The notes under the pieces were generated by a model, which searched no databases, had not been told where the DNA came from, and saw only the letters and a list, made by a program, of their open reading frames with translations. The position numbers and the translations under genes were made by a program. Shown in pieces: positions 12,862-24,979 of a stretch of DNA of 64,000 bases (positions are counted from its first letter, which is position 1; every line of letters begins with the position of its first letter). The stretch is from Octopus bimaculoides (taxonomy: Eukaryota): contig NC_068991.1 in NCBI RefSeq assembly GCF_001194135.2, positions 22,929,499 through 22,993,498 of the forward strand, given 5' to 3'.

Positions 12862-13064
12862 TATTCTTTCCTACTCTAGGAACAAGGTCCGAAATTTTGG
12901 GGGAGGGGGCCAGTCGATTAGATCGACCCTAGTACGCAACTGGTACTTAATGTATCAAACCTTGAAAGGATGAAAGGCAAAGTCGACCTCGGCGGAATTT
13001 GAACTCAGAACGTAAAGACAGACGAAATACCGCTAAGCATTTCGCTCGGCGTGCTAACGTTTCT
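12862..13064 (-). mobile_element. Well-preserved family A copy (extreme 5' end missing)
   Basis: Minus strand shows B-box-like 'gagttcaaattccg' then 'gaggtcgactttgcctttcatcctttc'; CpGs retained. Confidence 0.9.
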
Positions 13065-13157
13065 AGACAAATAGGGTTGGTTGAGTATAAACTTCAGTGG
13101 TGTAACAAAGGCATGTCACTTCTGATCTATGAAGTATTGAGGACGAATAGGAAAATC

Positions 13158-13370
13158 GGTACTACTAAAGCAGCGCGGACCCGAATGCGCAGTCGCGTGT
13201 CCGCGCTAGCTAGTCGTGAGTGGTCGATCCTAACCCTAACCACGTATTCATTTGCACACGCGGGTTAGGGATAGGGTTAGAGTTAGGGTTAGGGTTAGGA
13301 TCGACCACTCGAGACTAGCTAGCGCGGACGCGCGACTGCGTGTTCGGGTCCGCGCTGCTTTAGTAGTACC
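13158..13370. mobile_element. Foldback MITE: 84-bp TIRs, internal TTAGGG-type repeats, perfect 9-bp TSD (Merlin- or MULE-like)
   Basis: TIRs 13158-13241 and 13287-13370 (5 mismatches in 84); AGGAAAATC at 13149-13157 and 13371-13379. Confidence 0.9.
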
Positions 13371-13899
13371 AGGAAAATCTTTGTCGACTATCATGATTTT
13401 AAAACATATCAGAATCTACTGAACTAACTCCAAATCATGGCTAAATCCATTAAAGAAGAGCAAACTTAAACTCTAAAGCAAAAAGAAAACAAAAATCTGA
13501 ATGTGTACAATTATAAAGATGCAAAATGGCAACATGGATAGGGAAGGTGCTGAGATAATAAACTCATGGTTCAGAAGTTCATGTTTTCAAATTCACAACA
13601 GACGTTTAACTATGTATATGTGCAGGGCACTACTATAATAATGAGCTTATTATACACCGTACTCATGTGCACCATAACTCGTTTGAAAACGGTGAAAGAG
13701 GAGACAAAAAAAAAGCAGCAATGGGTCCAGTAAAGAAAGCAATAAAAGCCAAAATTTACATGCACAGTACACAGCGTAAAACACGAAACGACAGGGAAAA
13801 AGTCAGGAGGAAGAAAGACATGTCGAGAGAAGTGTTGAATTTCGTAAAGCATAGAATATTTGAAGGATGCAATGTCTTGACAACTAACAACTGACACGA

Positions 13900-14260
13900 A
13901 TCGTTTGTTCCATGCTTTGACAATTCAAAGAGTGCAAAAATGTTTCTGAAAGTTACGGGTGCTGCAATATTTTTGATTTTGTATGTACAAGTATTGAATT
14001 CAAAAAGATGGCCAGAGTTGTTGTCGGAAAGATGGTTGATAATCTTGTGGGATTTGATAATCAGCTGCTAAACATCAAAGCTTGAAGTGTATCGATGATC
14101 AGAGAAGCAAGATATTCAAATATGGTAACTGACGGAGGGTATTCGTTTAGTTGAGCGTCTCCAAACAGCTTCCCGCAGATCGATATCGTGGACAAGATGA
14201 CTGAATCAGTAAAACAACGAGCAAAATATGTGGTATTTGATTATGCTTCTGTAAGTTTTG
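13900..14260 (-). mobile_element. CR1/L2-type LINE ORF2 3' relic
   Basis: Reverse complement aligns by eye with 44150-44420 ('acgaataccctc', 'cccacaagattat', 'atcaaaaatatt', 'gaattgtcaaagca'). Confidence 0.7.
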
Positions 14261-14509
14261 CGTTCGAATCCTGCTCAGGTTGATTTCGCCTTTCATCTTT
14301 CTGAGGTCGCAGAAAATCTAACACCGGTCAAGCAACTGGAGTCGATATAATCGAATATGCCCTTGAAGATGACACACCAACATAGATGATTTTCATTCTT
14401 GCCTGCCTACACACACGCGTGCGCGTACTTTTGTTCGTAAGTGCATTATAGGAATAAATATAAATACATCTACATAAACTGGTATGTATGTGTACACACC
14501 ATGCATGCA

Positions 14510-14815
14510 TTCATTACAGAGAGAGAGAGAGAGATTCCTATTCAAATACGATAAACACAAAACCATATAAATGAAAATACATACAGAAATGAACACATAT
14601 ACACACAAACACAAATAATATACATACACACATACATACATACATACGTATACATACACAAACAGGCAAACGTACAAGCAAAATCAAACGCAACACACAC
14701 ACACACACACACACACTAACACATAAACCCACACGTACAACAAAATTGTCACGTTCACACACTAACACATACATACATACATCACACTCACCAAATTCAC
14801 TTACACATATGTACG
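14510..14815. repeat. Compound (AG)/(CA)/(TACA) microsatellite
   Basis: Read directly. Confidence 0.9.
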
Positions 14816-15155
14816 TATATTACTTGTACTGAGACGTTGCTGCCCGAATTTGCAGGTTAAAATACAATACAGAGATGATAGCATAAAACTACTACAACTA
14901 AAATGCCTAAAAGCTGTTAATCAATAACTTCTTTAAAAAAAAAAAAGTAAACGAATGAAATGCGTAATAAAAAAAAAAAAGGAAAAACAACCCAATAGAT
15001 AAACTTTAATTAGTGTAAAGGAAAAAAGTGAAAGATAGTGGGGGCGGCCGTTGATTGTATTCTGTGTATACTAGTGTGACATATGGCAGAAACTAGTATT
15101 AACAGCTGCAGGCAAATGGAGGCAAACTTGGCTGAAATGCTTACTGAAGATGTAG

Positions 15156-15198
<43 letters not shown>

Positions 15199-15349
15199 TG
15201 AGAGAAAAAGGTGAAACAATTAGATCAATGGGTGCAGTTTGGGAATACCTATCACCACTTCATAGGGGAAAGAAAATAGTACGAAATGAGGTTGAGGAAT
15301 GTAAAAAAAAATACTAAGTTTTAAACACCAACTGTTGGATTCTTTATAA

Positions 15350-15456
15350 CAGACACATGCATGGGTACATGCATACATAGTTATACACACACACACACAC
15401 ATATATACGTATGTTTATACACACACACACACACACACACATATACGTATGTCTAT

Positions 15457-15488
<32 letters not shown>

Positions 15489-16050
15489 GTATGTCTATAC
15501 ACACACACACACACACACACACANNNNNNNNNNNNNNNNNNNNNNNNNNNNNNNNNNNNNNNNNNNNNNNNNNNNNNNNNNNNNNNNNNNNNNNNNNNNN
15601 NNNNNNNNNNNNNNNNNNNNNNNNNNNNNNNNNNNNNNNNNNNNNNNNNNNNNNNNNNNNNNNNNNNNNNNNNNNNNNNNNNNNNNNNNNNNNNNNNNNN
15701 NNNNNNNNNNNNNNNNNNNNNNNNNNNNNNNNNNNNNNNNNNNNNNNNNNNNNNNNNNNNNNNNNNNNNNNNNNNNATATATATATATATATATATGTGT
15801 GTGCATATATGTATGTGTGTATGTATATATATGTGCATATATGTATGTGTGTGTATATATATATGTGCATATATGTATGTGTGTATATATATGTGTGCAT
15901 ATATGTATGTGTGTGCATATATGTATGTGTGTGTATATATATATGTGCATATATGTATGTGTGTATATATATATGTGCATATATGTATATATGTATATGC
16001 ATATATGTATATATATACACACACACACACATACATATATACACACACAT
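15350..16050. repeat. Compound CA/TA/TG microsatellite with ~32-36-bp higher-order units; spans gap 15524-15776
   Basis: Read directly; source of the YTHT/MCVC ORFs. Confidence 0.95.
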
Positions 16051-16498
16051 TCATCTTTCGCTTTTTCTCTCTCTCCTGTTAGAAATAGAAAACATGAAAA
16101 GGAAAAATGCCTTTCAACTAGTTTATGTGGATATAAAAATCAGGAAGCATCATCTATATATAGTGGATGGATAACACACACAGATATATATTCATATGCA
16201 TACACACACACATATATATATATAATTCCAAAATTACTGTTGTATAATACACAAGTGCACTAAACCAAAGCTAAAAATATGAAAGGTGAAAGAAAAAAAA
16301 TTCATGCCCTCTTCCTTTCCCCACGAGTTAGTGATGGCTATTCCTAAACTGCACCAATCTATAAATGATAAAGAAAAGTGTGTTAAAGGCCAATGATAAC
16401 GTAAGACTCATAGAGCAAATTGATTGATCTGATTATTCAATGAATGAAATAAAAATAATAAAGATACTGTCAAATCAGTCAATAAATGTGTCAAAAAG

Positions 16499-16728
16499 TA
16501 ATCTCTTTAGCATTCAAGAATACTCTGTCAAATGTAATGCTTATTCATTCACATTGTTTTCAATTAATTATGCATTATTATTGTAGTTTCAAGTGTTTGA
16601 TGATGTGGTAGTTTATTTTTAGAATGACACTGAAGGGTAGGTGTGAGAGGTGAGATTTGCCCAGTTTGAACATAAAGCAGGTAGAATATTCAGGCCAGAT
16701 GTGGCCAGTTTAAATGCTAAGGGGTTAA
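16499..16728. mobile_element. piggyBac-type (TTAA) MITE; second copy at 55293-55515
   Basis: Right end 'aatgctaaggggTTAA', decayed left end 'ctctttagcattc'. The second copy starts 'TTAAccctttagaattcag'; internal 'ggccagtttaaatgct' is shared. Confidence 0.7.
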
Positions 16729-17634
16729 ATATGTGTACCAGTAATATATGTTGTTCTAATAGCTAAGTAGAAAATACAACTTTCTTAAAAAAACAGAAAA
16801 AAAAAGGATATTGGGGTTAGAAAAGAAATTATATTTCATTTATTTATACATTAATCAAATGAATATACATAGATGTGGTGTATGTGTGAATATATGTGTT
16901 CATGTGAGTATACATCTGTGTACCTTCAAACATAAGTAGGAAGTAAATATACATACATACATGTGTGTGTATATATGTATATGTGTGTGTATGTATGCAT
17001 GTGTGTGTGTGTAAGGTATATATTGAATTTGACATGCTATACTGATAAAGTGCCAAGGAAAGAAGAAAAAACACCAAATTAAAGTAGATACATTGTATAA
17101 TAATGCAGTGTAAATAGTGATTACATATCTGTGAATACAGGTGATTGCATGTGTATGCATGCACATGCACATGTAGCAACAGATATGTATTTATACCACA
17201 GAATGTTTGTGTCCATAAATGAAAACAGAGATGCGTGTATGCATACAAAACCAACAAAGGTAATGTTATATGTATGCAAAAACACCAGTAAAAGAAGAAA
17301 AGTGTGTGTGTGTGTGTGTGTGTGTGTACTAACAGCAGTGCACTGCAGTGATCAGTACATATTGACTAGTCACTGAATGTATGTTGGATGATGGCTATAT
17401 TATTCTGTGTTGAGAGCTGTATAGCATACAGAGATAGATACAAGAATGTTGTTGAGTATCTATAGTGATACATGATACAGATAAAATCAACTGCTCATCT
17501 AAGTAAACATTTCAATCCAGAAGAAAAATTCAATACCTTCCAATGTCTGACCAAGTAAATAGAATAATGACTGTACTATGGTTAACAAGATATATGTGAT
17601 TCAATTCCCATCCGAAATAATTATTCATTCCTGT

Positions 17635-17820
17635 TCACATAATTATCATCATTATTTTTACATCGGCTTTCCATGTTGTCATGAGTTGGATGGCTAGGCA
17701 GGATCCAACAGGCCAGAGAACCACATCTTATTCCAGTGCTGTAGTTTTGCTATTGTTTCTATGGCTGGATGCCCTACCTAGCACCAACCACTTTACAGAG
17801 TGCACTAGGTGGGTGTTTTT
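17635..17820 (-). mobile_element. Family R copy
   Basis: 'catcggctttccatgttgtcatgagttggatgg ... ggctggatgccctacctagcaccaaccac'. Confidence 0.75.
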
Positions 17821-17918
17821 TCTTTTTTAGTGAGGTTGCCGCATAACTCACAAAGCTAAGGACCTTCTTCATCTGAGACGGAGAATAGACAATAGAATGG
17901 TCATTTTTATGTAAGGTG

Positions 17919-18221
17919 TTAAGAGGTTAATGTATGATGAGATGAGTCAGAATAGGTTTGTTGCAGAGAAGATTCACAGTCACTTCGCATTTTACATGGG
18001 TGAATGAAGGTGACAGGAGTGGTGCCACAAAGTAACGTAGTGATGATCAGGTGCCAGAACAAACCCACAAGTGGTTGCTCTGACATGTCCAAGAAGGTGA
18101 CAGAAGAGAGCATAGAGACAGGAGAATCAGCAAGAGTGGGAAAAGTTGCAAGAGTATGATGGGAGAGTGGAAGACAATAAATATGAGTGAATGAACGATA
18201 AGAATTATGGGTGGATGTCAA
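17919..18221 (-). mobile_element. Possible Penelope-like RT C-terminal relic
   Basis: Minus frames give SVTFLDM, then (shifted) DHHYVTLWHHSCHL and NLLCN, resembling the PLE RT motifs FLD / Y....S.HP / RRICS. Highly decayed. Confidence 0.3.
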
Positions 18222-18316
18222 TTAGGAATAATAGATCAGAGGTGAGAAAATGGTGACCGGCAGTACAAAAATGATATGAAATGGTTTGTAGTGTATATAT
18301 GTATGTTTGTATGATG

Positions 18317-18347
<31 letters not shown>

Positions 18348-19002
18348 ATATATNNNNNNNNNNNNNNNNNNNNNNNNNNNNNNNNNNNNNNNNNNNNNNN
18401 NNNNNNNNNNNNNNNNNNNNNNNNNNNNNNNNNNNNNNNNNNNNNNNNNNNNNNNNNNNNNNNNNNNNNNNNNNNNNNNNNNNNNNNNNNNNNNNNNNNN
18501 NNNNNNNNNNNNNNNNNNNNNNNNNNNNNNNNNNNNNNNNNNNNNNNNNNNNNNNNNNNNNNNNNNNNNNNNNNNNNNNNNNNNNNNNNNNNNNNNNNNN
18601 NNNNNNNNNNNNNNNNNNNNNNNNNNNNNNNNNNNNNNNNNNNNNNNNNNNNNNNNNNNNNNNNNNNNNNNNNNNNNNNNNNNNNNNNNNNNNNNNNNNN
18701 NNNNNNNNNNNNNNNNNNNNNNNNNNNNNNNNNNNNNNNNNNNNNNNNNNNNNNNNNNNNNNNNNNNNNNNNNNNNNNNNNNNNNNNNNNNNNNNNNNNN
18801 NNNNNNNNNNNNNNNNNNNNNNNNNNNNNNNNNNNNNNNNNNNNNNNNNNNNNNNNNNNNNNNNNNNNNNNNNNNNNNNNNNNNNNNNNNNNNNNNNNNN
18901 NNNNNNNNNNNNNNNNNNNNNNNNNNNNNNNNNNNNNNNNNNNNNNNNNNNNNNNNNNNNNNNNNNNNNNNNNNNNNNNNNNNNNNNNNNNNNNNNNNNN
19001 NA

Positions 19003-19640
19003 TATATACAAGATCTAATGAATAAGTATCCTGACTGGTGCTATAAAAACACAACTACAACACGTACCAATTCGGCATTTAATCTCCTTCAAAGTAGTCT
19101 CCTTTGGAAGCAACACACTTAATCCAGAGCTGTTTCCGTTGATGGAAACATTCCTGGATTTCGTTTCCTGAGATAATCAGCAGCTGCCTTGTCACATTCA
19201 CTTTGATTTCCTCGACATCTTGAAATCTTCTTCCTTTCAAGCAGGATTTGATTTTTTGGAAAGAGGAAAAAGTCACAAGGGACAAGGTCTGGGGGATACA
19301 GTTGCTGTCAGACCTGGGGAATGCTGTGCCTAGCCAAAAACTGCTACACAAGTTGCGCTGAACGGGCAAGTGCATTTGTCAGCTGAAAGCAGTTTTGGCA
19401 CAAACTTGGCAAACATGCATCTCGTACCCAAATCTTCATTGAGAATGGACTGAACTGAACCGTAACTAATCTGCACATCCTCTGATAACTCACAGACAGT
19501 GACTCAAAGATTTCCCCTCACAGCTGCATGCACATGGACAGCAAGCAAATAGCACCATTTGCATGAACACAGAGACCATTGTTTACAACCAGTGAACACA
19601 CATGAAAATGAGAGGAAATATGAACTCACTCGCACAAACG
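19003..19640 (-). mobile_element. mariner transposon relic (internally deleted)
   Basis: ORF 19079-19375 ends ...KIKSCLKGRRFQDVEEIKVNVTRQL...ECFHQRKQLWIKCVASKGDYFEGD*, a typical mariner C-terminus. TIR-like 'TAcaagatctaatgaataagtatcc' at ~19007. Confidence 0.85.
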
Positions 19641-19649
19641 TATATATAT

Positions 19650-19795
19650 GTACAACAGGTTTTTTTCAGTTTCCATCTACCAAATCCACTTACACAGCTT
19701 TGGTTGCCCTGGAGCTATAGAAGACGCCCAAGCAAGACTAAACTTGAAACCATGTAGTTGGGAAGCAAACTTTTTAACCACACAGCCATGTCTGT
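19650..19795 (-). mobile_element. Family B 5' half
   Basis: 'ttcagtttccatctaccaaatccact ... gctatagaagac ... ccatgtagttgggaagcaaac ... accacacagcc'. Confidence 0.8.
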
Positions 19796-19819
19796 GCCTA
19801 CATACATACATATGCATCT

Positions 19820-19831
19820 ATGTATCTTCAG

Positions 19832-19906
<75 letters not shown>

Positions 19907-19908
19907 CA

Positions 19909-19952
<44 letters not shown>

Positions 19953-20020
19953 TCTATATATGTATACACACAGACACACTCATACATATTCATACATATA
20001 AACACACATACATACACATA
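19820..20020. repeat. Compound (TG)n(TA)n(CA)n palindromic microsatellites
   Basis: Read directly; another example at 22332-22378. Confidence 0.95.
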
Positions 20021-21571
20021 ATTGCTATTGTATGTTCCCTTTTTTAAATGAGGTAAAAACCACTATTGAAAGACAAAGTACTCAATACATAGAAGTAGAG
20101 TGGATGTATTTATTTCAAAAAACAATGGTTCTTACAATGGTTCTTACAAGATGAGCCCCATTTCCTTCACTAACTGAAAGTGTCATGGCTTTATACACAC
20201 TCACACACACACACACATACAGGCATATACATATGGTTTTACTATTTTAAGCTGAAGCTACTTGAATCCAAGTTTCACAATTGAAGAGAAACAGTCTTAC
20301 AATATACAAGCAAAAATGTTTGTAAATACATTGGGACATAATTTGTCATCAAGATCCAATTGGTTGCCAAGTAAAAAAAAAAAAATTAGAAAATGCATAA
20401 AATACACAAAAGCATTGTTGGTGCAGTTTAATGTGATGATCTTTCAGAATTTGGTTAATCTATTGTGTACGAAATAAACTATCTCAGGCAGTTGGTATTT
20501 GGAAATTCCTTTATAAATATTGATGAATGTGTCTGAAAGAATTTGCCAACTGCAATCTTTTGTTCAAAATTGCAAAAGGAAAAGATTGTTATAGAATAGA
20601 GACAAAGACCACACCTTCCAGAATCATTAATGTAGAACAGAGCAATAAATTTTATAATTATTAATATTATCATCCTTTAAACACCAGATATCTGGAAAGT
20701 GAAGTAGCAAGATGTCTTTCTAAGTGTTAGAATGAATATATATGTTGTGAGAAGCCTATACAACTTTTCTGGTTTTGTTTTCAATGGACTGTTCATTTTG
20801 AATTACCATACAATGGCTGCTGTTAAGGAGTTCCTCAATATATTCAAAAAGTTAGATTTATAGATCACAGTAGATATGAATCTATAGTTAGATATAACTC
20901 TAGATTTAGGTACTTGTAAAAACTGCCCCTACAGTAAACCTAATGAGAAAGTGCAGCATAATGGAATAAATTCCGTCCTCCACTACCTAAAACAATCCTT
21001 AAAAACTTAGTAAATAATATTAGATAACCAGTTTAATTTGAAGAATCCTTTAACTGTGCTGTTATTTTTACAATGAGGTAAATGTTACCAATGAAAGAAA
21101 AAGGATAATATCTATTATTATTTTTATATACACCCACATTAAAACCTCTAGGTGATTGCACACAGTATTAGAAATAGCAAACCCAATCTCTAAAATCACA
21201 CTCGATAATCTTGAAAAATAGGAAACTCATTGGATAATGTAGTTATAGATACTAATAAGAGGTGTGGTCAAAGCTGAAATACCTTCACTCATAGATTTCT
21301 TTTGTCAGGGCTGACCTAAGACTAAACGACAACACCCATACAATAGTGCTACTGTATGAATATATGACATGATCTTTTGTAGTAAATGTATGCTTTTGAG
21401 TTAGTATTTGTGTACAGTGAGATAAGTGAAGATGAAACTGATTGAACCCTGTGATAAATAACTGGAACCAATATTTTATTAAGTATGTATTGATAATGGT
21501 AGGCCTTCCTGGTTTAGTTGATTAGGTGGTGAAAAGACTAACATAGACAGTATAGTGTGTGTGTTTGACAT

Positions 21572-21599
21572 TCTCTCTCTCTCTCTCTCTCTCTCTCAC

Positions 21600-21690
<91 letters not shown>
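21572..21690. repeat. (CT)n(AT)n microsatellite
   Basis: Read directly. Confidence 0.95.
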
Positions 21691-21692
<2 letters not shown>

Positions 21693-22331
21693 GTATGAAC
21701 AGGCAAACAATTGGTATCAGTTTAGATCATGACAAATATTTAAACATAGTTGCTGAATTGTTACAATAGAATAGACCATAAGAAATAAGGAAGTAAAGTG
21801 TGACGATAGTCTCATACAGCTGTTTCAGGAATAGCTGTGCATATGGTGCATTTCTCCGATAAGATAAGATAAGCATTTAACAGCATTCTATTCCATTTTT
21901 TAGTTCCTTACTTATTATGATTTACTATACTGTAACAACTGAGCAATTATGCTTAAATATATAAATGCCATGCTCTTAATTGATGCTAGTTGTATGTCTG
22001 TTCATACGTTGATTCTACTGTACCTGCTCAATTTAAACCGCTGGTAGCCAGCCATTCATTGCTAGGCTGTTACAACACCACTGCTTTTTGTTTTAGTTGC
22101 AGTTCAAAAGTCAACTTGAGTACTTTTGTACCTATTACACTACCTCATTAGCTGCAATATTACCTGGACTTACAGCTAACCAACTATCTCTAGTTTAACC
22201 AGAGTATCATCAGAGGTAAATAAACAACCAGCTGGAGGTCTATATGTAAATTAATATATACTTTACTTTTAAAATGTCTTCAGTTTCTTTTTAATCAAAG
22301 TGAAGTTGATTGTTTGATATAGAGTATCAGA

Positions 22332-22363
<32 letters not shown>

Positions 22364-23288
22364 CACACACACACACACTATATTGAAAGAAGTGCGGATA
22401 TTGACTACTAGTCAATGTATATATGTAAACGTGTAAGCTATAATTTGATAAAGCTAAATTTGCGCGCATACGCACATACACTAATAGTAAATGTTAACAA
22501 AAATGAACGGTTTTTGTTGTTTTTTTCTTTTTACTAAAAACTGTCATCTTCAGTTTAATATCGTATCAGATACCTCCTTCATAAATACCCATATATAAAC
22601 ATATTCACAGGTATATAGGGGTTCTTTCTTGAGAGAGTGTTTGTCGTTGTCTTCGATGTTGCTGCTTAGTCCCAATTCAACCCTGGTCGTGAAATTGACT
22701 CATTTACAGATGGGAGTTTGCTTGACCAGGAATTTCATCAGCTGTAAGCTTAAATAACTTAACGATGGCTTCCAAACCTTGTCTAGGTGACACGATAAGA
22801 TAGATTATTTATTTATTTATTTATAACAGCTTACTGAAACGAAAGACAAAACAGCCGACATTTCAAAATCAGCTTTTCAAAGAACGAACCACAAAGCCAA
22901 CAACCACTTTGTACAGTTAAATAAGATATACTCAGCCATTACCTGCGTGTAGAACAAAAAGTTTAGTCAGTATTAAGAAATGGAGCTACTACTTACTAAT
23001 AATAGCGTTATGGCCTCACCTATTGTGCTATGAGCTTAAAGATAGTCATTTACCTACATTAACACCACCACCACCACCACAACTAGGTGCGTACTAATTG
23101 TTGGGTGTTTAGACTGACAATTTATTTATAAAGCATCCTGAATAAGAAATAAAAAGGCGAGCTTAACTAATAATGTCGGTGATGTATAATATAAATATTA
23201 ACAAAACACCCTCAAAGTTTTCAGAAATATGGATAAACACGAGAGAAATGACTGTCTCCATCGCCATCAAGTTATCATTATTATTAAA

Positions 23289-24022
23289 CCGGGCCTGCCC
23301 GAGGTGCGCTCAGGACGACGAAACCGTTCTTTGCGCACTCGTCCAGTGCCCGAGCATTGCTGACCTGTGGGTCTATATCGAACAGCTACTGTCACGTGTA
23401 GGACGGATCCGGCTATCAGCTGAATCTATCGTGAGAATTGACCCACCGACCTCCTTTAACCAGGAGGGCAAGGCAATTTTCCTATGCCTAGTGGCTGTAG
23501 CGAAAGAGGTGATATGGTGGACCCGTTTGAAAGGGCTAAAGACAGACACTTTCCTCTTTGGCCAAGGCCTCATCAACTTTTTCAAGTTCCACTTGAAAAG
23601 GAAGATGAGAGTAGANNNNNNNNNNNNNNNNNNNNNNNNNNNNNNNNNNNNNNNNNNNNNNNNNNNNNNNNNNNNNNNNNNNNNNNNNNNNNNNNNNNNN
23701 NNNNNNNNNATGTAAAAGGAGAAAGGGATCTATACCCCTTTCTTATTTTTTTCTGACCAGGCTCCCGTGGTTTTATGGGTTTTTCCACGTGTAACCTTTC
23801 CTTTTTCGAAGCGCCTCCCCCTTCGGGGGTTTCTACTTGTTTATTTATCTATTTATTCATTATATCTTTCTCCGTTTTCTTCCTCTGTTTAGACGAACTT
23901 TAATACCTTTTCGGACAAAACCTTTTGTAACCTTCGTCCTGTCTTTGTCCTTATATGTTTTTAATTGATATTAGCCCTTGCGGCCAATAAAACGAATTAA
24001 TTATTATTATTATTATTATTAT
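23289..24022 (+). mobile_element. Tx1/L1-clade LINE 3' end (ORF2 C-terminal zinc-binding region, 3' UTR, tail); contains gap 23616-23709
   Basis: CPRCAQDDETVLCALVQCPSIADLW matches the L1/Tx1 C-x2-C..ET..H...C..W motif (His replaced by Cys), followed by KEVIWWTR. T-rich UTR, AATAAA at ~23986, then (ATT)n. Confidence 0.75.
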
Positions 24023-24345
24023 TCTACCAAAGTTGACTTTGCTTTCATCATTTCGGGGTCGATAAGTGAGACACTGGGGTCAATATAATCGAGTAACCCC
24101 TCCCCAAAATGTCAGGTCTTGTGCCTACAGTAGAAAGGATTATTATTATTATTTATTACTTAAGGTGGCGAACTGGCAGAATCTGAGTTCAAGTTCCGCC
24201 GAGGTCGACTCTACATTTCATCCTTTTGAGGTCGATAAAATACGTACCAGTTGAGCACTGGGTCGATCTAATCGACTTACCCTTCCCCCGAAATTGCTGA
24301 CCTTGTGCCAAAATTTTCGAATTAATTATTATTATTATTACTCCT
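24022..24345 (+). mobile_element. Two tandem family A copies
   Basis: 'gttgactttgctttcatcatttcggggtcgataag' and 'gttcaagttccgccgaggtcgac...gaggtcgataaaatacgtaccag', each ending in (att)n. Confidence 0.85.
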
Positions 24346-24979
24346 CTTACTACTGTTATTTTGTCGTTGTTTGTCCACCGCAAGTTGATCTGTGATCAAA
24401 GGCCTTCTAACTATAACCACTTTTGTCATTTATATCTAGAACTACGTCTTTCAATGTGTCCCCTATTTGTTTGTTTAGGGATTTGGAGGTGGGGGGGATA
24501 AGGCTGTAGGTTGTGAATTGTTGGACATTTGACTGCTATTTCTAGCTTGTTATTGACGATGAGGGTGATGCTGCTGATGATGACAACGGTCTTAATTGAA
24601 CAAACTTATCAAAAGACGTCCCAGCCTTGCCCCTTATTTTTATATCAGTGATTACATAGTCTGATGTGTCTGCCACCACCCAAATTTTTTTTTTCAAACA
24701 ACGTGCGAGTTTTGGCTTCTATTTCTAGCAGGTCGGTTCACTGCGTAGGGGCGTCCTTCGCTGGCTTGTAGCCGTTGATGATGCTAGACGTTGACAGCAA
24801 CTAGTTACCTATATTTCATCAAGTGAACCGCTCAATAAAAAGACTGACAGAGTAAGATAGGTATATACAAAAGGGATTGGTGGTATTTTGAATTTGAAAT
24901 CACGACAGCTAGATGATATATCCAAGATGACCAAGCTGTTATACGTACATTTATGCGTCTAGGCAGGTAAAAAGGTATA

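Noticed and set aside
15344-16263. Long YTHI/MCVC ORFs here and at 5050-5395, 30120-32482, 49000-49300, 52580-53040 and 57415-57787
   Set aside because: Dinucleotide microsatellites and N-runs lack stop codons; these are artefacts.
18281-19122. 200-270-aa ORFs across N-runs (also 55505-55895 and 59699-60438)
   Set aside because: Almost entirely X residues from assembly gaps.
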